A stretch of 64,000 nucleotides of DNA from an uncultured bacterium (GCA_963744715.1 CAVUUR010000006.1:148299-212298), one strand, 5' to 3'; positions 38,183-48,190 are shown, numbered from the stretch's first letter. Made by a program: numbers and translations. Notes: generated from the sequence alone by a model not told the origin.

Positions 38183-39131
38183 TACTAGTCGGATTCATTT
38201 CCCCTCCAATCTTTGCTATCATATCTTCTTCTATTTTTGATAAATTATAATACTGAGCTATAGATAACGCATTCTTACCCTGATTATCCGTCAAATGTAT
38301 GTCAATATTGGATCCGGGTGCGAGCAAGGCATTAAACATTTCAACCGCCTTGTTAATTTTTGTCTCACTTCCTTGATGAGTACTCATATACTCGATCAGT
38401 TCAATTAATGGCGTTTTTCCATCTTTATCTCTTTGTACATTACGATCTGCGCCACCATTAAGTGCCTTTTGAAAATCATCAATATTATTATTTTCTATTG
38501 CTTTAAAAAGATTTTTATTCACTGCTATTTGCTCAACAAGGATTTTACCTTTCAAAGCATCAAAAAATCCCTGCTCACATTTTTTGGGCATATCATTTGT
38601 TGGTTTTTCATATTGCTCGCGTAAGCGGTCTATTTGTTCCACGAGGGTAACTGGTTGAGAAATAGTTTTTTTTCTTTTTTCCCGTTCTCGGAGTAATAAC
38701 ACAAGAACTTTTAAACCATCATCTGATATTTTACTTTTTTCTCTATACAATTTATCAAGATTTTCCATTGCTAACATCAGCGGATTAGTATTAGTAGGAA
38801 GAATATCGCAAGACTTACTCATGCCACCACTTTTTAATACTTTTTTTATCTTACTCGGATTCTTATTGCCTTTAATCGCATCATTAAGAGCATCTAGTCT
38901 TTCTTGAGCATTATCGCCAATTGGATTTTTATAATTCGGTGTCGACGCGCTTCTTCCATATGCTTTGGGATTAGTATCTTCAATATTTTCTTGCCTCGTT
39001 TTTCTTCCAAAAAGACTACTTCTAGATTTAGCTCTTGCTATTTTTTCCTTCGACGAATTTTTGTAATCCATGCATAAACTGAACTGAAAAAGAAATAGCA
39101 AACACCCTAACGTTTTTACGCTACCAATCAT
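38115..39131 (-). CDS. Secreted ankyrin-like repeat protein
   Basis: Signal MIGSVKTLGCLLFLFQFSLC followed by MDYK. NLFKAIENNNIDDFQKALNGGADRNVQRDKDGKTPL ... LTDNQGKNALSIAQYYNLS. The 3' end overlaps the next ORF by 68 nt in another frame. Confidence 0.6.
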   Translation of the reverse strand: MIGSVKTLGCLLFLFQFSLCMDYKNSSKEKIARAKSRSSLFGRKTRQENIEDTNPKAYGRSASTPNYKNPIGDNAQERLDALNDAIKGNKNPSKIKKVLKSGGMSKSCDILPTNTNPLMLAMENLDKLYREKSKISDDGLKVLVLLLREREKRKKTISQPVTLVEQIDRLREQYEKPTNDMPKKCEQGFFDALKGKILVEQIAVNKNLFKAIENNNIDDFQKALNGGADRNVQRDKDGKTPLIELIEYMSTHQGSETKINKAVEMFNALLAPGSNIDIHLTDNQGKNALSIAQYYNLSKIEEDMIAKIGGEMNPTSNAIRKFPETRFVAAGDGKDVSK

Positions 39132-39232
39132 AGCAAACCCCTTTACCGCAAAAAATATCAGTAATTTGTAAAAAATACAAAAATCAAATGTCCCGACATT
39201 TTAGGGTAAAAAAGCGTAAAAAGCAATAGTAT

Positions 39233-39811
39233 TTATTTAATTTGATATTCAAAATCAACGAAGCCATCGTCTCGTTTTATTTCTTTAAAGCCTGCCCGTG
39301 TATACACTTTCATAGCCGGATAATTAGTGGTTCGTGTAACTAAGGTAATTTTTGTGCATCCTTGTGCAATTAAATCATTCATAGCATATTTAAACAATTG
39401 ATATCCGTAACCTTTTGATCTGTATTGATCAAGGACTCCCAAAAACAAAATGCGTCCTTCATAAAATTTCTTTTTATAATAGCTAACAAATCCAGCAGGA
39501 GATCTACCTTGATATAAAACTTTAATGGTCATAGCTCCTTTTTGCTGAAAATCTCTTGAAGTTCTATTATGCAACATGTGCGTAACATAATCTGGTGCAA
39601 AGGTAGGTGAAACGCCGGCAATTAACCACTCCCAATTGTGTTTAAAAATATCAAGAACAAAAGGAGTATCTCTACGATCATTAAAATCATAAATCCCTAC
39701 TTTTTGATACAGGTTATAATAAACACCAAAGCCAGCTGCGATGCATACGCTTGAAAAAATAAGCGCTAAACTTAATTTTTTAGTTAAAAAATTTATTCTT
39801 TTTTTTATCAT
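39233..39811 (-). CDS. GNAT-family N-acetyltransferase with N-terminal membrane anchor
   Basis: ILFLGVLDQYRSKGYGYQLFKYAMNDL (acetyl-CoA binding Q/RxxGxG/A pattern) and the hydrophobic N-terminus LSLALIFSSVCIAAGFGVY. Confidence 0.75.
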   Translation of the reverse strand: MIKKRINFLTKKLSLALIFSSVCIAAGFGVYYNLYQKVGIYDFNDRRDTPFVLDIFKHNWEWLIAGVSPTFAPDYVTHMLHNRTSRDFQQKGAMTIKVLYQGRSPAGFVSYYKKKFYEGRILFLGVLDQYRSKGYGYQLFKYAMNDLIAQGCTKITLVTRTTNYPAMKVYTRAGFKEIKRDDGFVDFEYQIK

Positions 39812-39914
39812 GAAAACCCTATAATTTTGGAAGCAAAAATTTTTTAAAATAATATCGGAAAAAACTACTTTTTAGTTTTTCAAGTATTATTCATTTTTAG
39901 CAATAATTGCATAG

Positions 39915-40676
39915 TTACATTTCACTCTTACAGTTATTATATATAATTTTAGCAAGCATTAATCCTTGTGCCGGTGCATTAGGTAAAGAATGTTCAGGAT
40001 TTTTTGCTTCTAAAATAGTGCGCACGTAATCGATTGATAATGAACGTCGCGAAGCAACTTCAACTGATGCTCCAACAATGCGTCTGATCATGTAACGCAA
40101 AAAACCTGGCCCTTGTACTTCAATGCGGCATGCATTAAATCGTTTAAAAAAATGTATAGTGATAGCATCAATGCGCCGAGTGGTGGTTATTTGCTCGTCA
40201 CCGGTACAAAAAGATCGAAAATCATGTTCTCCCACAAATATTTGTAATGCTTCATATAGTTTTTTGTCATCACATGGTCGTTGTAGTGCATATCCATAAC
40301 GCGCTAAAAATGGTAATGGCCTTTGATTAAAAATATGATACCAATATATTTTTTGTTTAACGGCGCGTTGTGGATGAAATGTTTCATCACTACTGCATAA
40401 TGATCTAATGACGATATCTCCCGGCAATGCATTATTCCATGCACGCATCATAGTAGCAGGATCAAGATGTAAATCAGTAATAACTAAAGCAACTTGCCCC
40501 AATGCATGTACGCCGGCATCAGTACGCGAAGCGCCAATAATTTTTACTGGCTTGCTAAAAACATGCAAAAACGTAGATTCTAAAATATTAGCAACAGCTA
40601 CCGCATGTGGTTGTACTTGCCAACCAGCATAACGAGTGCCGTCATACGCAACGAGTAACTTATAATAAAAAGGCAT
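39915..40676 (-). CDS. truA: tRNA pseudouridine(38-40) synthase
   Basis: YKLLVAYDGTRYAGWQVQP and the catalytic GASRTDAGVHALGQV. Confidence 0.9.
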   Translation of the reverse strand: MPFYYKLLVAYDGTRYAGWQVQPHAVAVANILESTFLHVFSKPVKIIGASRTDAGVHALGQVALVITDLHLDPATMMRAWNNALPGDIVIRSLCSSDETFHPQRAVKQKIYWYHIFNQRPLPFLARYGYALQRPCDDKKLYEALQIFVGEHDFRSFCTGDEQITTTRRIDAITIHFFKRFNACRIEVQGPGFLRYMIRRIVGASVEVASRRSLSIDYVRTILEAKNPEHSLPNAPAQGLMLAKIIYNNCKSEM

Positions 40677-40687
40677 AGATAAAAAAC

Positions 40688-42486
40688 TTATTTACGCAGC
40701 GATGAACGTAAGACTTTTTTACGCAAACGGATATGATGCGGAGTAACTTCAATAAGTTCATCAGGTTGAATCCATTCCATACAACGTTTCAAGTTCCATA
40801 ATACGTGGTGGTTCTAATTTAATAGATCATCAGTACCTGATGCACGCATATTAGTTAACTTTTTTTCTTTACATGGATTAACATCCATATCATCTTCACG
40901 GCTATTTTCACCAATAATCATACCTTCATAAATCTTGTCGCCGGGTTCAACAAAAAGAATTCCACGTTCTTGAAGATTATCTAAAGCATAAGCTGTAGCA
41001 GTGCCATTTTCCATAGAAACAAGGCACCCTTAGTACGCATAGTGATATCGCCTTTATATGGTTGATACCCATAAAAATTAAAGTTGAAAATACCGGTTCC
41101 ACGAGTATCGGTTAAAAATTGGCTTCTAAAACCAAATAAGTCCTCGTGAAGGAATTTGAAATTCCATACGAATTCGTCCATTGGCATAGAGGAACTAAAT
41201 TTTTCATTTCAGCTTTTTTCGTCCCAATCGTTCCATAACAATTCCTTGATATTCTTCATGAATATCAATAACCAAATATTCAATTGGTTCACATTTAACA
41301 CCATCAATCGTTTTATAAATAACTTCAGGTGCTGAAACTTGAAATTCAAATCCTTCACGACGCATATTTTCAAATAAAATACCTAAATGTAGTTGACCTC
41401 TTCCAGAAACTTTAAACATTTCAGGGGAATCAGTAGGCTCAACTCGTAATGCGACGTTTGTTTTTAATTCTTTTTCTAAACGATCTTTAATTTGTCGTGA
41501 CGTTAATAACGATCCTTCTTGACCATTAAAAGGAGAATCGTTCACCGATACATATATCGACATGGTCGGTTCATCGATAGCAACATACGGATAGTGGTAA
41601 TGGATTGATCAACCTCACAAATGGTAGTACCAATAGTAACCGGCTCATAAAACCAGTAACGGCAACAATATCACCATAACGAACTGTCTTTGCCTCTCTA
41701 TTTTCTCAAGGCCCATGAAGTATATAATTTGGTAACTTTAAATGGTCGGCTTACCTTTGATCATCTTTAGCACAAACCACATGCTTGACCAACACTTAAA
41801 GAACCACTAAACATTCTTCCAATGGCAATGGTGCCAAGAAAATCAGAATAATCTAAGTTAGTCATTAAAATCTGTAAATGATCCGCCGTGGTGTCGGAGC
41901 AGGAATATACTTTATAATTGCTTCAAAAAGTGGTTTCATATCACCAGTTTTTGCATTAGGATCATGTGCTAACAAAACCAAGCTTTGAAGAACCATATAA
42001 AATAGGAAAATCAAGCTGATTATCATTGTGTTGCAAGATCTAAAAAAAGATCATGAATTGATGATTCAGTTCGTGCAATATCAGCATCCGGTCGATCAAT
42101 TTTATTAATAAGAACAATTGGTCTTAAATTAAGCTCAAGCGCTTTGCGTAACACAAAACGTGTTCCAGGCAAAACACCTTCAGCCGCATCGACTAATAGT
42201 AAAAATCCTTCTACCATTTGCAAGGTACGTTCCACTTCACCACCAAAATCAGTGTGACCAGGAGTATCGACAATATTAATATTATAACCATTATAAGAAA
42301 TACCGGTATTTTTTGCTAAAATCGTAATTCCACGTTCTTTTTCTAGATCATTTGAGTCCATTACACGTTCAGTATCAGTAGCATATGATGCGTACCAGAT
42401 TGGCGCAATAATTTATCAACCAGGGTTGTTTTTCCATGGTCAACGTGGGCAATAATAGCAATATTTCTTATATTTGGCTGTTCCAT
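40688..42486 (-). pseudogene. typA: Translational GTPase TypA/BipA, heavily frameshifted
   Basis: G1 [29 protein letters not shown], and C-terminal DELIEVTPHHIRLRKKVLRSSLRK* are all present. They are spread over at least 8 frame changes between 40688 and 42486. Confidence 0.8.
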
Positions 42487-42571
42487 TGTCTCTATTTTCG
42501 TTATCTGCAAAATCAAAGGGTCATTAATATAAAATACTTATTCTTATTGTAAATAATTTTTTACAAAATGT

Positions 42572-42605
42572 CTAAGGGTAAAAAATAGCCGTTTTTTACC
42601 CTTAG
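42572..42605 (-). terminator. 14-bp hairpin downstream of 42633..43295
   Basis: CTAAGGGTAAAAAA (42572-42585) pairs with TTTTTTACCCTTAG (42592-42605). Confidence 0.55.
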
Positions 42606-42632
42606 ACCCTTAAAATTTTTAAAAAATCGTCT

Positions 42633-43295
42633 TTATGACTCGCCGAGTAAACTATTACTTCTTTTACAGCCTTGATTTGATCCCATTTGCATAAGGGCTG
42701 TTTTTGCATTATCTGTTATCACAGACTCTACAACACTAACTTTATTCCAATCAGTTGTGACGGCTTTGCATCGATTTGAAAATTTTGTATCAACTTTCGG
42801 AGAAGATGTGCCACAATTTTTTTTAGGCGTTGTGAACAGTTCTTTATTGGCGCAGACTATACCACATAATTTTTCTAGTGTTTCAGTAGCTATTTTTTCT
42901 TTTTCCGCTTCGCTAACATTTAAAGCTCTATAAGAAGTTACTAATTCTTTAGCAATATCTAACGATAAGCTCTTTAATTTTTTGTTTTGATCTTTCTTAA
43001 TTTTTAATTCATCCGTCATTTTTGCAACATACTTCGCAACTCTTTTTTCGCGCTCCTTGATTTCTTCCCTCAGCATAGCATTTTCTTGCGTAATTTTTTC
43101 CAATTGACCTTTTAGTTGATTTTCCGTTTTGCTACTAGGAAACCAAAGAACGATATTTGGATTAACACTACTTGGATTATCCAACGCAGTCTTAACAAAC
43201 GTGCTCCAACCTAAAGTGGATTCTGCTGTCCCGTTTGTCTTTATACTTTGCGCAGAAAAAAGAGTTAACGTTAATAAAAAAATTTGTTGTTTCAT
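42633..43295 (-). CDS. Secreted coiled-coil protein of unknown function
   Basis: Signal MKQQIFLLTLTLFSAQS, followed by a charged heptad-like region (ENAMLREEIKEREKRVAKYVAKMTDELK). Confidence 0.55.
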   Translation of the reverse strand: MKQQIFLLTLTLFSAQSIKTNGTAESTLGWSTFVKTALDNPSSVNPNIVLWFPSSKTENQLKGQLEKITQENAMLREEIKEREKRVAKYVAKMTDELKIKKDQNKKLKSLSLDIAKELVTSYRALNVSEAEKEKIATETLEKLCGIVCANKELFTTPKKNCGTSSPKVDTKFSNRCKAVTTDWNKVSVVESVITDNAKTALMQMGSNQGCKRSNSLLGES

Positions 43296-43433
43296 AAAAA
43301 GATTTCCTTATAAAAAAATTTAAGAATACAAATACAGGGTTTTATCAGATTTAATTATTTTTGTCAAATATTTTTCCAAGAACTATCCTATCTTGCACGA
43401 TACAATTCAAAAATATCATCCTAAAAACAAAAA

Positions 43434-43458
43434 AAGACAAGATAAAAAACCTTGTCTT
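43434..43458 (-). terminator. Terminator after rpsR
   Basis: AAGACAAG pairs with CTTGTCTT across a 9-nt loop. It is flanked by A- and T-runs. Confidence 0.6.
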
Positions 43459-43488
43459 TTTTATGAAAAATTATGTATTACTTATCTA

Positions 43489-43785
43489 CTAAAATTCGGG
43501 AGCGTAATAAGGAATAAGCGCCATCACTCGTGATTTTTTGATCATGCATGATAACACGCGTTGATGATGTGCGCACGTACCAGAAATACGAGAAGGAAGA
43601 ATTTTTCCTCGCTCGGTTAAAAAACTTCTCAAAAGCGGTGCATTTTTATAATCAAGCATCGGAACTTGATTTTCTTTTACATTACAGAAACGACAATTTT
43701 TACGCGGAGCAAACGCAAGTCTTCGCGCTTTTTTGCGCAATAAACGACCACTTACTTTTAATTTTGCCAATTTTTTCTTAGCCAC
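43489..43785 (-). CDS. rpsR: 30S ribosomal protein S18 (with basic N-terminal extension)
   Basis: [50 protein letters not shown]. Confidence 0.9.
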   Translation of the reverse strand: MAKKKLAKLKVSGRLLRKKARRLAFAPRKNCRFCNVKENQVPMLDYKNAPLLRSFLTERGKILPSRISGTCAHHQRVLSCMIKKSRVMALIPYYAPEF

Positions 43786-43801
43786 AGCTTTACCTCAATT
43801 A

Positions 43802-44302
43802 TTAATCAGATTCACTATCTTCATCTAAATCATCTTCATCCAACACGCTATCAGAAATTCGGTCAACATGCTTATCATGTGACGAGGCATTATTATTTAG
43901 TAATCCCTTCATCTTGTTATCACGCAAGAAGGTATCAACGTCTTGCGTTGGCATGTCTTCCAATGATTCCGGTTTAAAGTAGGCTATCGGCTGTTTTGAT
44001 GATAATTTACTGGTTAAATGACGCATAATAATTGAGCCATGTTTAACCATAAAAAATGAATCAATATCTTTAAAAAGAGAACCAAGATTTACTTCTTGCT
44101 TTGCCTGAAAGCGAACTAGAAAATATACCCCGTAATCATTATTTCTTACAGGATATGCAAGTCTATACTTGCCCCATCGCTCAAAGGAGTTGATCAACCC
44201 TTGTTCTTTTTTAATAATTTGTTCAAATTGTTTTTCTAATGAAGCAGATTCATCGGCAGTAATTTCAGGAACTGCGAGAACCAGCGTTTCATATTGTAGC
44301 AT
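43802..44302 (-). CDS. rpsF: 30S ribosomal protein S6 (with long acidic C-terminal tail)
   Basis: MLQYETLVLAVPEI ... ERWGKYRLAYPV ... YFLVRFQA. The tail ends LDEDDLDEDSESD. Confidence 0.85.
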   Translation of the reverse strand: MLQYETLVLAVPEITADESASLEKQFEQIIKKEQGLINSFERWGKYRLAYPVRNNDYGVYFLVRFQAKQEVNLGSLFKDIDSFFMVKHGSIIMRHLTSKLSSKQPIAYFKPESLEDMPTQDVDTFLRDNKMKGLLNNNASSHDKHVDRISDSVLDEDDLDEDSESD

Positions 44303-44413
44303 AATAAAAATCCTTTAAAAAAAAGTACACCAACTGGAAGCGCTTCTAGGAAGCACTATAAAACAACCATTGTTTTATTTAGCATAACGTTACTGCCATA
44401 GTAACCTTAAAAA

Positions 44414-44449
44414 AGCAAAAAAAGCCAGAACAATCTAGCTTTTTTTGCT
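44414..44449 (-). terminator. 12-bp hairpin downstream of the S24-repressor pseudogene
   Basis: AGCAAAAAAAGC (44414-44425) pairs with GCTTTTTTTGCT (44438-44449). Confidence 0.5.
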
Positions 44450-44482
44450 TAAAAGTTATAGAAAAGCAATCTTATAAACTGC

Positions 44483-45147
44483 TTATACTAATTTTTGATT
44501 ACGTTGAATAACGCGACCAATAATTCTAAAATGGTCTTTACCACGAATAAGCGCAACCGGCGCTTGCTTGTGGTTAACCGATTCAAGAACAATAAAATCT
44601 TCAGTATACGTTACCTGCATAATAGCTTTTAATGGGGTGTCATTACCATATTCAACAGCCGCGATATCCCCTGAACGAGTCCATACTTCTGGAGAAATGA
44701 TTAATAAATCACCTTTTACAAACATTGGTGCCATTAAGTTATTATCGATTGCAAAGTGCAAACATTGCATTGTCCGTTGTATTTAATACAGGAACAAATT
44801 CATCTTTGTGACCACTGGTAATTTGCATTAATTGATTATTATATGGTGATGGATTTGAAGGAATTTCCCCAACAACAGGTACTATTTGAACCTTTAAGTT
44901 AACATCAGACTTGTTCAGGCATGCTCACATTGCTATCGATATTATCGGTACGTTGACGGCGTTGTGCAAAAAGGTCGACAGGGCTAATTTCAAAAGCATT
45001 TGCTAATTTTTTTAAAGAGTCTTCATTCCAACGTCTGTGTACCATTTTTTATATGAGTTAGATAACTTTCAGACATACCAGTTTTTTCAGCTAAAATCTT
45101 AGTAGTCCAGCCTTTTTCTCTGAGCAGCTCTTTTACGCGTAACTCAG
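44483..45147 (-). pseudogene. XRE-HTH / S24 peptidase (LexA- or phage-CI-like) repressor with at least 3 frameshifts
   Basis: AGAGGAG plus ATG at 45147. HTH MSSTELRVKELLREKGWTTKILAEKTGMSESYLTHIKNG. Later frames give WNEDSLKKLANAFEISPVDLF, VPVVGEIPSNPSPY, and the 95-aa S24-like ORF (MAPMFVKGDLLIISPE). Confidence 0.65.
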
Positions 45148-45269
45148 TTGATGACATAATAAACTCCTCTTGGTATATTTTTGATTAAAATATGATAGTA
45201 TGGTTATACAACTGCATTAATTCTAATTGTACTCTCTTTATTATTCTTGTCAAATGGAAAAGATTACTC

Positions 45270-45965
45270 ATGGTAACTAAAGCATATAAAGACCGATTCA
45301 ATAAAAATTTTTTTGAATCGTCCGCCTGGCAGCTTAATAACCTGGTATGCGGCATTGATGAGGTTGGCCGAGGTTGCCTGGCAGGGCCTGTTGTTACCGG
45401 GGCAGTTATTCTCTATCCGCATAAAAAAAGTCGTTTAATTAAAGATTCCAAACTACTCACCCAGGAAGAATTGGCAGTAGCCTATTCATGGGTGGTCAAA
45501 AATTCATGGTTTAGCTTTGCCATTATCAGCGCTCGAGATATTGATAAATATAACATTTATCATGCCACCCTACGGGCTATGAAACGGGCAGTTATGCAAT
45601 TATTGAGTAATTGCCCACAAGCACCTTCACAAATAGTTATTGATGCCATGCCTCTTAACCTGATGGGCACCCCGTATGAGCATATTGATGTTTTTCATTT
45701 TCCTTTTGGTGAAAGTAAATCGATATCCATTGCCGCCGCCTCAATTGTAGCCAAAGTAAAGCGGGATCAATTAATGCGCACTATCGCCCCTTCATTTCCC
45801 CCCTATCATTTTGCTCGCCATAAAGGATATAGTACAAAACTTCATCAAGAAGCGGTCAAAAAGCATGGGCGAATCATTATTCATCGAATTAAATTTTTAG
45901 AAAATAAGCATTTCACCCAACCAGAAATAGGTAATCCTGATGGAGACCAGCAAACCCTTTGCTGA
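45270..45965 (+). CDS. rnhB: Ribonuclease HII
   Basis: ICGIDEVGRGCLAGPVV, DSKLLT, ASIVAKVKRD. Start taken at MVTKAYK. Confidence 0.85.
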   Translation: MVTKAYKDRFNKNFFESSAWQLNNLVCGIDEVGRGCLAGPVVTGAVILYPHKKSRLIKDSKLLTQEELAVAYSWVVKNSWFSFAIISARDIDKYNIYHATLRAMKRAVMQLLSNCPQAPSQIVIDAMPLNLMGTPYEHIDVFHFPFGESKSISIAAASIVAKVKRDQLMRTIAPSFPPYHFARHKGYSTKLHQEAVKKHGRIIIHRIKFLENKHFTQPEIGNPDGDQQTLC

Positions 45966-46536
45966 AATTATAGAAAGTTCATTAACCGGCTGGCTTGCCC
46001 AAAGTTGGCAATGGGATCAATTTCCTTCATTCGGCTCTGTTATTACTATTGAAACAAAAAAACGGATACTTTTTGGTATTGTACATCAAATTGAAACAGG
46101 CTCTATGGATCCTGTACGTTATCCATTTGCCTATCAAAAAACAGAAGAAGAACTGCTACAGGAACAACCTCAAATTTTCGAATTCCTCAAAACAACCTTT
46201 CATTGTTTGACTATCGGCTACCAAGAACAGGGAGCACCTATTACCTATCAATTAGCTCCGGAACCCCCCAAAATTCATGCATTTGCTGCTTGCGCATCAC
46301 GCCAACTATATAAAAATTTTTTTGCAAACAATCAGTACCTCCACATTCTTTTTGGCCTTTCAAATAGTATATTTAATCTTGACGAACTATTGCTTGCCAT
46401 TTTAAAACAACTGAAAGATCAGGATATCCTTACTGAAGTTACCGTTGCCAATTTCATCGATACTTTTTCCTTATTGACCGGCAATGATTACAAACGGTTA
46501 AAATTATTCTTGCAACGAGCAGAACAAATTATATAG
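45940..46536 (+). CDS. Conserved-looking protein of unknown function, overlaps the rnhB 3' end
   Basis: 198-aa ORF overlapping rnhB by 26 nt. The N-terminus FAEIIESSLTGWLAQSWQWDQFPSFGSVITIE..ILFGIVHQIE looks like a small beta-barrel. No catalytic motif recognised. Confidence 0.5.
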   Translation: METSKPFAEIIESSLTGWLAQSWQWDQFPSFGSVITIETKKRILFGIVHQIETGSMDPVRYPFAYQKTEEELLQEQPQIFEFLKTTFHCLTIGYQEQGAPITYQLAPEPPKIHAFAACASRQLYKNFFANNQYLHILFGLSNSIFNLDELLLAILKQLKDQDILTEVTVANFIDTFSLLTGNDYKRLKLFLQRAEQII

Positions 46537-46569
46537 CTTTTCACTAATTCTTCATAAAAAAGGAAAATA

Positions 46570-47082
46570 GTGAATAATTATGTAGTACTATGCAGTGCCT
46601 TATTTACAATCTTTTCGACACTTGCAGCAATGGAATTAACAGAAGATAACCCTGTTGCATTATTTATAACCAAGATTGTTCAAGCCCATCCTAATAATAA
46701 TTCCTATGTATGGCATAATACTATTGACCATACCAGAAAAGGTTCTGGCACGTTATACGATTATTTTGAGCTAGGCAGTTCTGTTAACGTAATTTCCAGC
46801 ATAAGGCTACCAGAAGAAAAACAGCATGATTACGTTGATCAAATGCTCAAAGGAATATCGACTTTCGATTACAACGATAACACTATACTCATATTAACTG
46901 GCGCAGAAGAAACCATTAAAGAGGTCGTCCAACAAAAAGAACGTAAAAAAGCTACACGGTTAGCAAATACCAACAAATCCTCATTACTGTTATTTGGAAG
47001 TTTTGTTGCTGCCTGTACTATTATGGCAACCTTAACTACGCAACGTTTAATGCGCACCTATATACCTAAACTATACCAATAA
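46570..47082 (+). CDS. Secreted/tail-anchored protein of unknown function
   Basis: GTG start after AAAGGAAAA. Signal NNYVVLCSALFTIFSTLAA followed by MELT. C-terminal hydrophobic segment SSLLLFGSFVAACTIMATL. Confidence 0.5.
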   Translation: MNNYVVLCSALFTIFSTLAAMELTEDNPVALFITKIVQAHPNNNSYVWHNTIDHTRKGSGTLYDYFELGSSVNVISSIRLPEEKQHDYVDQMLKGISTFDYNDNTILILTGAEETIKEVVQQKERKKATRLANTNKSSLLLFGSFVAACTIMATLTTQRLMRTYIPKLYQ

Positions 47083-47168
47083 TTCTCATTCAACCCCCTG
47101 CTTACATTTATTTATAATTCAGATATACTAATAAATTAAGAATATCTTATTAAAAAATTGTTTAATAG

Positions 47169-48155
47169 ATGAGAGATTGTTTCATGCGTTCTTTTTTTAC
47201 TGTTATATTGTTTTTTCCCCTCTATACCTGGTGTAGTGATACTATTGTTTCACCTGCACAGAATGTAAGTATGAACCAAACAAAACCTATCACTCACGAA
47301 CGCATTCACCCTAAAAATATTCTTCTTTCATGGTTGTATACCAGTGTATTGAGTAAACCATTACGATTATTACTCACACAGCGTTGGGTAAGTATAGGAG
47401 TTGGCTGGCTGGCTAATCGATCATTGAGTAAATATTTAATACCGGCATTTATACAAGCACAACATATAAATACGCAAGAGATACTTCCGGAAGAATATGC
47501 AACGTTTAATGAATTTTTCTATAGAAAACTAAAACCGGATGCTCGCCCCATTGATAATGACCCTGCATCATTCATATCCCCTTGTGATGGCAATTTGATG
47601 ATTGTTCCTGATATTACGCCGACGACTGAATTTTTAGTAAAAAATAAATCTTTCAATCTTGAATGTTTTTTGCATGATAAAAATCTTGCTGAAAAATTCT
47701 ACCACGGCACTATGGTGGTTATTTATCTTGCTCCTTCCGATTATCACCGTTTCCATGCGCCACTTGATTGTATCCCAGAACAAGCAATTCGCATTAATGG
47801 AAAATATGAATCAGTTAATACCATTGTGTACCAAGCAGGCATTCAACCATTAACGGAAAATGAACGCCAGTTAACGATATTAAAAACATCCTCCGCAGGT
47901 GACATTGCTTATGTTTCTGTGGGAGCACTTTTCGTTGGCGGCATTACCCATACTTATCAAGCAGGACAACTATCAACAAAAGGTGATGATTTTGGTTATT
48001 TCTCTTTCGGCGGATCTACTGTAGTATTATTATTACAACCAAATACGTTTAATATTAATCCTGCATTAGAACAAGAACTCAAAAAACATGGAAATGCATC
48101 AATAAAAATGGGTATGCCTTTAGGAACTATTATTCAAAACAATCAGTTCGAATAA
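47169..48155 (+). CDS. psd: Phosphatidylserine decarboxylase proenzyme
   Basis: YHRFHAP and the self-cleavage motif GYFSFGGSTVVLL (G-S-T). N-terminal hydrophobic segment. Confidence 0.85.
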   Translation: MRDCFMRSFFTVILFFPLYTWCSDTIVSPAQNVSMNQTKPITHERIHPKNILLSWLYTSVLSKPLRLLLTQRWVSIGVGWLANRSLSKYLIPAFIQAQHINTQEILPEEYATFNEFFYRKLKPDARPIDNDPASFISPCDGNLMIVPDITPTTEFLVKNKSFNLECFLHDKNLAEKFYHGTMVVIYLAPSDYHRFHAPLDCIPEQAIRINGKYESVNTIVYQAGIQPLTENERQLTILKTSSAGDIAYVSVGALFVGGITHTYQAGQLSTKGDDFGYFSFGGSTVVLLLQPNTFNINPALEQELKKHGNASIKMGMPLGTIIQNNQFE

Positions 48156-48190
48156 AAAATTGTTTTTGCGGTTTTGTATAAGGAAAATAT

